A stretch of 30,624 nt of DNA, from the NCBI GenBank assembly GCA_041577295.1, contig JBFGJG010000049.1, forward strand, positions 1 to 30,624, given 5' to 3'. The position numbers and the translations under genes were made by a program. Positions 24,085-30,624 of the stretch are shown piece after piece. Every line of letters starts with the position of its first letter. Position 1 is the first letter of the stretch. Source of the DNA: Gemmatimonadales bacterium. GTDB lineage: Bacteria; Gemmatimonadota; Gemmatimonadetes; Gemmatimonadales; GWC2-71-9. The notes under the pieces were generated by a model, which saw only the letters and a list, made by a program, of their open reading frames with translations, searched no databases and had not been told where the DNA came from.

Positions 24085-25590
24085 ATGCCAACTGATCCCA
24101 AGGCAGCCCTCCGCTGGTGGACCGGTCCCGACGCTCGCGATTGGCGTTTCATCTCGGGCGTTTTCGAGGGTGGTGGCGCCAAGGGTCTCCTCTACGCCGG
24201 GGCGCTCGAGGCGGTCGCGGCCAAGAAGTGTTGGTTCGATGCCGTGGCCGGTGCCTCGGCCGGAGCCATCACGGCCACGCTCATCGCGAGCGGGATGACG
24301 CCCGAGGAGATCGCAGACCAGACGGAGCCGGGGCTCGAGGTCATGCGTCTCCCTGGCGTGCTCAATGGAATCCTCCGTATTCGGGCCGGGACGAGCTATC
24401 TGAATCAAGAGGCGTTGCTCATCTGGCTCCAAGCGCTGCTAGCAGGGCAGATGGCCAAGGCGGGCGTCTCTCGAAATGACGGCGACGTCGACTTCCAGAC
24501 GCTCTACGCCGCCACGGGAATCGAGCTCAACGTCGTGGCGGTCGACCTCAATCGCGAGCAACACGTCGTCTTCAATCACCTGCTCACCCCCAAATGCGAG
24601 GTTGCCCGCGCCGTCGTTGCCTCGGCAGCGATCCCGGTCGTGTTCGAGTGGATCCCCATCAACGTGCCACAGGGCCCACTGGGCATCGCCGTGGATGGTG
24701 GTGTCGCGGCCAACTTCCCGACGTTCGTGTTCACCGACCCATCGTTTCGAGCATGGGCCAACCTTCCGCCACAACCCTCTCCTGTGGTGGGTTTTCTCTT
24801 GGACGAAGCAGGGAAGCGTCCATCCTCAGACGAGTACCACGATGCCACGTTGTCGCCGCCGCTGAGCGCGGTGGCCAAATCGCTGGGGATGGGCGCGCCA
24901 AAGTTTCGGCCGCAACGCGAGCGGGGGATGGTCGGGCGGCTGCTCTCCTACCTGTTTCTCCCCATCCGGCTGGCCTGGTGGCCCGTTGGGCAGTTGTTCT
25001 TCCGGGTGTTCCCCTGGCTACTCGAGCGCAACGCGGGTGTGCCCGTCAGGACGTGGGACCGCATCGAGAATCGCCGCGTCCGGGAAGCGGCGCTGTGGTT
25101 CGATCGTGTGTTGGTCGGCGTGTACCCCTGGTTCTTCTTCCTGTTTGGGTTTCTCATCATCACGTTCGCGCTCGGGTTCGCGTTCTTTCACATGGGAGCA
25201 CGGCCGCTCGTTCGGGTGGTTGACGCACTCATCGCTGGGGAGATCGAGATACTCAGTGCGCTGTACAACTTCCTTCTGTTCCTCAGCGTCCTCGCGGTTG
25301 GGATCTATGCCTGGGTAGTGCTCGTCGGGGTCTTCTCGGCAGCATCCGTGCTGCACCGCAGTGCCCGCGTCATCGGCTACGGCCTACTACGCACGTTTCT
25401 CTGGGGTGCCGGTGCTCCACCGTGGTGTGGTGTGGCGGAAGGTGACAACGTCGTCAAGCTCAGAGTGCCAGACGGCGTCACCACGCTCGGCGTCAAATCC
25501 GGTGTCGACGTGAAGGCAGTGGTCGCTCAGGCTAGGGAGAGTACGGAGACGCAGCTGGACGGGATTCTGTCGCATACCCGATCGACATAA
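24085..25590 (+). CDS. Patatin-like phospholipase with inserted transmembrane helices
   Basis: GGGAKG oxyanion loop, GASAG nucleophile, DGG. Long hydrophobic segments in the C-terminal third. Confidence 0.88.
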   Translation: MPTDPKAALRWWTGPDARDWRFISGVFEGGGAKGLLYAGALEAVAAKKCWFDAVAGASAGAITATLIASGMTPEEIADQTEPGLEVMRLPGVLNGILRIRAGTSYLNQEALLIWLQALLAGQMAKAGVSRNDGDVDFQTLYAATGIELNVVAVDLNREQHVVFNHLLTPKCEVARAVVASAAIPVVFEWIPINVPQGPLGIAVDGGVAANFPTFVFTDPSFRAWANLPPQPSPVVGFLLDEAGKRPSSDEYHDATLSPPLSAVAKSLGMGAPKFRPQRERGMVGRLLSYLFLPIRLAWWPVGQLFFRVFPWLLERNAGVPVRTWDRIENRRVREAALWFDRVLVGVYPWFFFLFGFLIITFALGFAFFHMGARPLVRVVDALIAGEIEILSALYNFLLFLSVLAVGIYAWVVLVGVFSAASVLHRSARVIGYGLLRTFLWGAGAPPWCGVAEGDNVVKLRVPDGVTTLGVKSGVDVKAVVAQARESTETQLDGILSHTRST

Positions 25591-25737
25591 CCGCGTATTC
25601 CTTAATAGCGGCGGGATTGGCGAGACAGGAGACGCGATTCCTTCGGTCCTTCCATCCTTTCCGTCCTTCGTCCCGCCCGCTCCCGCCCATCCCGCCCTTT
25701 CTCAGAACCTCGCGGCTAGTGAAGTGTAAGCCACTTT

Positions 25738-26145
25738 ATGCGCTTCCTCGTTTCAATTCTTGGCGTTGGCTCTCTTCTTACCCTCGTAGCGTGCGGCGGG
25801 ACTCTGACCGGTGTCGAGCTCCATGGTGAGTGGGGTGGTGTAGGGGTGCGGGTCACCGTTTCGGCGGATGGCGCTACGCTCAGGTTCGACTGTGCGGCGG
25901 GGACGATGGATGCTCGGCCAGATCCCGGTGAGGGTGGCCGGTTCGTGGTCACGGGAACGCATACCGCCGGCGTGGGCCTGCCGGTGGATCCCAACAACCC
26001 GCCCGAGCCACGGCCGGCACGCTACGACGGCGAGATCAGTGGGCGGACCATGACGTTCTCCATCACCTATACCGATACGGATCGATTCATCTCGAGCTAT
26101 CGTGCGGTACATGGCCGCGAGCCGGACCTGACGCATTGTTTGTAG
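25738..26145 (+). CDS. Hypothetical lipoprotein
   Basis: Lipobox LVAC; GEWGG...FDCAAG; C-terminal Cys. Confidence 0.75.
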   Translation: MRFLVSILGVGSLLTLVACGGTLTGVELHGEWGGVGVRVTVSADGATLRFDCAAGTMDARPDPGEGGRFVVTGTHTAGVGLPVDPNNPPEPRPARYDGEISGRTMTFSITYTDTDRFISSYRAVHGREPDLTHCL

Positions 26146-26330
26146 GCGGATAAGCGGGGTAGGGGGTGGGTGAATCGATCGCTCCTCCCGCCGTTCCAGC
26201 CAATTCTGCGCTCTCTCCGCCCTTCCAACGTTCCGTCTTGTTCAATCGTGCGGTTCGTCACACTCTGGGCCGTCGACCCGTCCTATCGTTTCTCCAAGAC
26301 AGCTCTAGGGGATGGCCCTCAGTGAGACAC

Positions 26331-26696
26331 ATGGTCGTATCGCCAGACCGGTCTGGCAAAGTAAAGATCGCCGCGCTCGTATGGCTCCTCGTTCTCGCGG
26401 CGATCGGCTATTGCGTAGTCGAGATCGGGGGAGTGTACTGGCGACAGATGAAGCTCGAGGAGGCGGTGAAGCAGCGACTCGCCTATGCTGGCCAGCTTAC
26501 GAATGAATCCATTCGCCAGCGGATCTACGAGGATATCGTGGACTTGAACCTGCCGCCCCAAGCTCGTGACCTGTCGGTCATCCAAACTGAGCGCCCCCGC
26601 GCTCTTCGAGTGAACGTCTCGTACCAGGAGACGGTGAATCTCTTGTTCACGGAGAAGAAGATTCCGGTTCGCGTCGAAATTCGGCGACGGTTTTGA
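26331..26696 (+). CDS. Small single-TM protein with a prepilin-like N-terminus (DUF4845-like)
   Basis: MVVSPDRSG|KVKIAALVWLLVLAAIGY. Family assignment is tentative. Confidence 0.6.
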   Translation: MVVSPDRSGKVKIAALVWLLVLAAIGYCVVEIGGVYWRQMKLEEAVKQRLAYAGQLTNESIRQRIYEDIVDLNLPPQARDLSVIQTERPRALRVNVSYQETVNLLFTEKKIPVRVEIRRRF

Positions 26697-26733
26697 GGGT
26701 CGACCGCTCTACCGCCCGTCCGCCCCACCGCCC

Positions 26734-27363
26734 TTACTCGATCTTTTCCAGTTCCTGGAGAATATCCTCGTTGCTGGGCCGCACCTTGTAATTCACCTCC
26801 ACGAACTTCCATCGCACAACACCGTCGCGGTCGATCACGTAGGTCGCCGGGTGGGCAATCTGCCGTCCCTTTGGGTCCACCGGATTGAACAGTCCGTATC
26901 GGTCAATCACCCGGTGTCCCGGATCTGACAGGAGCGGGAAGTCGGGGAGCCGCCCGCCCATGAGCGCAATCCGATCTACCATCTTCTGGAGGTCTTCCGG
27001 TGGGTCCACCGAGACCGCGAGGATCTGGATCGTCCGCTTCTGCTGATCGCTGAGGAGATCGCGCAGCTTCCCGAGCTGCTCGGCGCAATAGGGTCACCAG
27101 TGGCCGCGGTAGAACACAAGCAGCACGTTCTGCTGGCCCCGGAACTCGGAGAGCGTCACGACGTCGCCGGAGAGCGCGCGGAGCGAAAAATCGGGTGCCG
27201 CATTGCCAACGGCGACGCGCTCGAGGTCCGTTGGCGGAAGTTCGTGGCCGTCCACAGGGCCGAGTGCGCGCCCTACCGGCAGGCCTCGCAATAGGATCCA
27301 CGCACCCGCCGCGACAACCAGCAGCGCGATGACTGCCAGGGTGAGCTTGGCTGGCGTATTCAT
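26734..27363 (-). CDS. Selenocysteine-containing peroxiredoxin-like (AhpC/TSA, thioredoxin-fold) protein, membrane-anchored
   Basis: APDFSL...LLVFYRGHW-TGA(27094-27096)-PYC continues in frame to ILAVSVD...LLSDP...HPATYVIDRDGVVRW, giving a UxxC motif. The ORF track splits it into two ORFs. Confidence 0.88.
27058..27089 (-). promoter_or_regulatory. Bacterial SECIS-like hairpin directly 3' of the in-frame UGA
   Basis: mRNA AUUGC-gccga-GCAGCU-cggga-AGCUGC-GCGAU; G-rich apical loop starts 21 nt after the UGA. Confidence 0.7.
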
Positions 27364-27545
27364 GACTCGACTGGATGAGAAAGTCTTGCCGTTTTCGGAG
27401 TAGCGCAAGGAGTACGGGTAAGAGCGCCCTGGCGCCGCCTTCCCGGCCCTGCCTGCGACGAGTACTGTTGGGGGGAGTATTGGCCGTGGACCAGGGCCGT
27501 AGCGGCGTAGGTTGAAGGACAGGCGTCACGGTACGCGGAGGGAGC

Positions 27546-28739
27546 ATGCGCGGAACTCACGGGGAAATCTTCGCGACAGTCGCAGTGGTCGTTTTCTCGC
27601 TTGCCGTCGCCGTCGGAGGGGGCAACGTTCCGGATCAGCGACGCCCTGTCCAACTTGCCCCGGCCGGCAACGCCTGCCCGCTGACGCCGGTGCAGGAGCA
27701 ACGGGCGATCGAGGCGTTCGAGAAGATGATGCCCGTGGTTACGCACCCGCGCTGCCTGAACTGTCACGGCGGTATCGACCCGTATGCCGAACCGACAGTT
27801 GGCGGACACATCGGCGGCAAAATGACGCTGCTCATGCCCTTCGAGGAGACGCTCAAGAGCTGTCAGGATTGTCACGACGGGTTGCCGGGTTGGGATAGGG
27901 CCGCGTCTCAGTTCGTCGGGAAAGGGGCCCGGGAGCTCTGCATGATGTTCAAGCAGTTCCCTCACGGCGCAGAATTCGTGGGACACATCTTCAATGACAA
28001 CAACGGCGTTCAGTTCATTGCGGCAGCGTTTGCGGGGGACCGCGCGCTGAACGATGGGGGAAAGCTTATCTCGGAGGATGAGACGGGGCGCCCGTTCGTC
28101 AACCAGCCACCTCCTGGGACGCACGACGAGCTCGTGGAGACGGCGCAGGAGTGGGTGAATGCGATGGGCGCCGGATGGCCGGTTAAGCCGGACTGTGGTT
28201 GCAAGGTCAGGGGAGCGGCCTGGGTCGGGAGCATCACCACGACCTCAGAAATGACTACAGAGATGGGGGTGATCAAGGAAACGACGAACGCCGACGTCGT
28301 CTTCGAGGTCGATTCCACCTTCCTGACGCCAGGCGAGACGGCGATCTACTGGAAGTCGACGTCGGGCGCCATCAGGTGGCGCACCGAAATGAGTGGCCAG
28401 TGCCAAGCGCATGCCGCGGGCACGACCCCCATCGGGAAAGGCGGAGACGACAACTGGATGGCCATGCTCCGCGAGGAGATCGTAAACGGCAAGCAAACGT
28501 ACTCGGTGGCCATTGGTCCGTGGCAGGACCACCATTATCCGTCGTACGTGATCAGGTGCCCGAATCAGCCCCCGATACCCGGTCTGCTCTACAACGTGGC
28601 CATGTGGTGGAATCATGAGGATGCGGGAATAATCTCGCCCGATGGCCGGACCTTGAACGGGACCTATACGGCGCCTTGGGGCCCGACGGGGAAGGCGACA
28701 TGGAGGTGGAGTCTGACTCTGCAATCTGGATCACCGTGA
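27546..28739 (+). CDS. Secreted di-heme c-type cytochrome-like protein with a beta-rich C-terminal extension
   Basis: Signal peptide; HPRCLNCH and CQDCH heme-binding motifs; RBS GGAGGGAG. Confidence 0.75.
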   Translation: MRGTHGEIFATVAVVVFSLAVAVGGGNVPDQRRPVQLAPAGNACPLTPVQEQRAIEAFEKMMPVVTHPRCLNCHGGIDPYAEPTVGGHIGGKMTLLMPFEETLKSCQDCHDGLPGWDRAASQFVGKGARELCMMFKQFPHGAEFVGHIFNDNNGVQFIAAAFAGDRALNDGGKLISEDETGRPFVNQPPPGTHDELVETAQEWVNAMGAGWPVKPDCGCKVRGAAWVGSITTTSEMTTEMGVIKETTNADVVFEVDSTFLTPGETAIYWKSTSGAIRWRTEMSGQCQAHAAGTTPIGKGGDDNWMAMLREEIVNGKQTYSVAIGPWQDHHYPSYVIRCPNQPPIPGLLYNVAMWWNHEDAGIISPDGRTLNGTYTAPWGPTGKATWRWSLTLQSGSP

Positions 28740-28983
28740 GTGGTCCCTCCGTTCGACTCACCTGCTCTAGCGCGGGCTTTGAAGCCGCAAGCCACTGTTT
28801 CCACTTGGCGTCGATGCGGGCGAAGTTGAGCTCGTTGAGGTCACCGAGATCAGTGCGCTACGCGGTGTCCACCTGGTTGACCAGTACGCAGCTCGTCAGC
28901 CAGGGGCATTAGTTGTTCTGGTTCGGACCGGCACCATGTCAGCCGGGGGTAGGCGAAAGATTGCGGGCATGGGGCAATTCATC

Positions 28984-29042
28984 GGAAGGTTGAAAGGACG
29001 GAAGGATTCCTCCAGACCTTCCAACCTTCCATCTTTCCGTCC
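28984..29042. repeat. Inverted octamer tandem repeats (GGAAGGnn / nnCCTTCC)
   Basis: GGAAGGTT GAAAGGAC GGAAGGAT ... CCTTCCAA CCTTCCAT CTTTCCGT CC. Confidence 0.65.
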
Positions 29043-29064
29043 TCTCGCCCCATCTTAGATCATC

Positions 29065-30624
29065 ATGTCTGACGCTCTCACCCGCCTGAAATCCGCCCTG
29101 TCCTCCCGCTACCAGATCGAGCGGGAGCTCGGCGCCGGCGGCATGGCGACCGTGTACCTCGCGCAGGATCTCAAGCACGACCGCAAAGTCGCCATCAAAG
29201 TCTTGAAGCCCGAGCTGGCCGCGACGCTCGGCACCGACCGCTTTCTGCGCGAGATTCAGACCGCCGCCAAACTGAATCATCCCCACCTCATGCCGCTTCA
29301 CGACTCCGGCGAAGCCGATGGCTTGCTGTACTACGTGATGCCACTTGTCGAGGGCGAGTCGTTGCGCGATCGGCTCACTCGTGAGAAACACCTGGCAGTG
29401 GAGGAGGCGCTGGCGATTACCCGCGACGTCGCGTCGGCGCTGGACTACGCGCACGGCCACGACGTGATTCACCGGGACGTGAAGCCCGAAAACATCATGC
29501 TGGCGTCGGGCCACGCGATCGTCACGGACTTCGGGATTGCGCGCGCGATCTCGGAAGCGGGAGGCAACAAACTCACCGAGACCGGCATCGCCGTGGGTAC
29601 GCCGGCCTACATGAGTCCGGAGCAGGCCGCTGGTGAGGCCGAGCTGGATCAGCGCACCGACGTTTATGCGCTGGGCTGCGTGCTGTACGAGATGCTGGTC
29701 GGCGATCCCCCATTTATGGGCACGAGTGCGCAGGCCATTCTGGCTCGCAAGCTGACCGAACCCCCACCGTCAGTGCAGACGGTGCGGCGCACGGTACCAG
29801 CCGGCGTCGCGCAGACGCTGGGCCGAGCGCTCGCCACGGTGCCCGCCGACCGCATCCCGACCGCGAAGCAGCTTGTCGCAGGCATAACGGCGGCAGATGT
29901 GCAGCCGGCGGCGGGCTTGACCGGCCTGAGTGCAAGACCCGCGCGACCGATCGTCTTGATAGGTGTCCTGGTCGCCGCCGGCGTGGCGACAGCCTTGTTG
30001 TTGGGAAAGCGAACGCGCGGAGGCGAGCTCGACGCCAACATTCTCGTGGTGGCCCCATTCGATGCGCTCGGATCGGGACTGGAGGTGTGGGGCGAGGGGC
30101 TCGCCGACATGGTGTCTCACAGCCTGGATGGCGCGGGGCCGCTCAGGACCGTGTCGCCTTCGGTGGCGGCCAGAGCATGGAGTGGGCGTGCCGATCCTGC
30201 TTCAGCAGCGCAGCTCGGGGCGAGGCTCGGAGCCGGGCTCGCGGTGTACGGCCGGTTGGTAGCGTCGGGAAGCGACTCCGTCAGACTGAGCGCGACGCTT
30301 TTGAACGTCGCCTCACAGGCCGTTATGGGAGACATCGAGGTCCGCGACCATCGTGACAACGTCGATCGTCTCTCCGACTCATTGGCCGTGCGGTTACTCG
30401 GGGAGCTCAGCCGAACGAGGCAGCTTGGTTCAGCACAGCTCAATTCGCTCGGGTCGTCCGTACCCGCCGCACTGAAGGCGTTTCTCCAGGGTGAGCAGCA
30501 CTGGCGGCGCGCGTCCTTGGATTCGGCCGACTTCTACTACCAGCGAGCGATCGAGTTGGACTCCACGTTTGCACTGGCCTACAACCGCATGGGCAACGTG
30601 GCTTGGTGGCCCGGGGCTCCGGCC
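29065..30624 (+). CDS. Hanks-type Ser/Thr protein kinase with a TM segment, TolB-N-like region and start of a TPR region; 3' end runs off the window
   Basis: Manual translation from ATG 29065: ELGAGGMATVY, VAIKVLK, HRDVKPEN, VTDFGIARA, GTPAYMSPEQ, hydrophobic IVLIGVLVAAGVATALLL, later AIELDSTFALAY. Confidence 0.95.
   Translation, partial: MSDALTRLKSALSSRYQIERELGAGGMATVYLAQDLKHDRKVAIKVLKPELAATLGTDRFLREIQTAAKLNHPHLMPLHDSGEADGLLYYVMPLVEGESLRDRLTREKHLAVEEALAITRDVASALDYAHGHDVIHRDVKPENIMLASGHAIVTDFGIARAISEAGGNKLTETGIAVGTPAYMSPEQAAGEAELDQRTDVYALGCVLYEMLVGDPPFMGTSAQAILARKLTEPPPSVQTVRRTVPAGVAQTLGRALATVPADRIPTAKQLVAGITAADVQPAAGLTGLSARPARPIVLIGVLVAAGVATALLLGKRTRGGELDANILVVAPFDALGSGLEVWGEGLADMVSHSLDGAGPLRTVSPSVAARAWSGRADPASAAQLGARLGAGLAVYGRLVASGSDSVRLSATLLNVASQAVMGDIEVRDHRDNVDRLSDSLAVRLLGELSRTRQLGSAQLNSLGSSVPAALKAFLQGEQHWRRASLDSADFYYQRAIELDSTFALAYNRMGNVAWWPGAPA

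Noticed and set aside
23878..24432. 185-aa N-terminal extension of the lyase ORF, and similar extensions of ORFs at 1875-2549, 17042-17956 and 12557-13372
   Set aside because: The extensions overlap neighbouring genes or repeat tracts; family homology or an RBS points to the downstream starts used here.
24085..25590. Patatin as a CBASS/CapV-type anti-phage effector
   Set aside because: No CD-NTase or other defence genes are recognisable nearby.
27094..27096. Redoxin as a nonsense pseudogene
   Set aside because: The TGA sits exactly at the catalytic Cys position, the frame continues intact and a SECIS-like hairpin follows; selenocysteine is the simpler explanation.

Overview
GC-rich bacterial chromosomal window. 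Gemmatimonadota-like by inference, from the Hanks kinase-TM-TPR architecture, the many lipoproteins and the 7-9 bp intergenic tandem repeats. No rRNA, tRNA, CRISPR array or mobile element was recognised. In order: a 3'-truncated zinc metalloprotease lipoprotein, an internally deleted S9 peptidase remnant, tadA, small and membrane proteins, an ECF sigma/anti-sigma/mini-secretin-like operon, and a ClpA/B-type AAA+ ATPase fused to a degenerate class I release factor (RF2-like) module. A long minus-strand run follows: an OmpR-family two-component pair; five paralogous lipoproteins ending in HFSxYAxxW around a tandem-duplicated TPR protein; a LuxR regulator; a degenerate receiver protein; and a Nal1-like trypsin protease with two stand-alone copies of its N-terminal domain. 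The rest holds a spondin lipoprotein, an adenylosuccinate-lyase-family enzyme, a membrane patatin, a UGA-recoded (selenocysteine, UxxC) peroxiredoxin-like protein with a SECIS-like hairpin, a di-heme c-type cytochrome and a 3'-truncated Ser/Thr kinase. The strongest candidates for undescribed systems are the Clp-RF2 fusion (SPF loop lost, GGQ changed to RGQ) and the HFS-terminated ZU5/GAIN-like lipoprotein array with its TPR partner. All family assignments come from motif recognition by eye; no searches were run.
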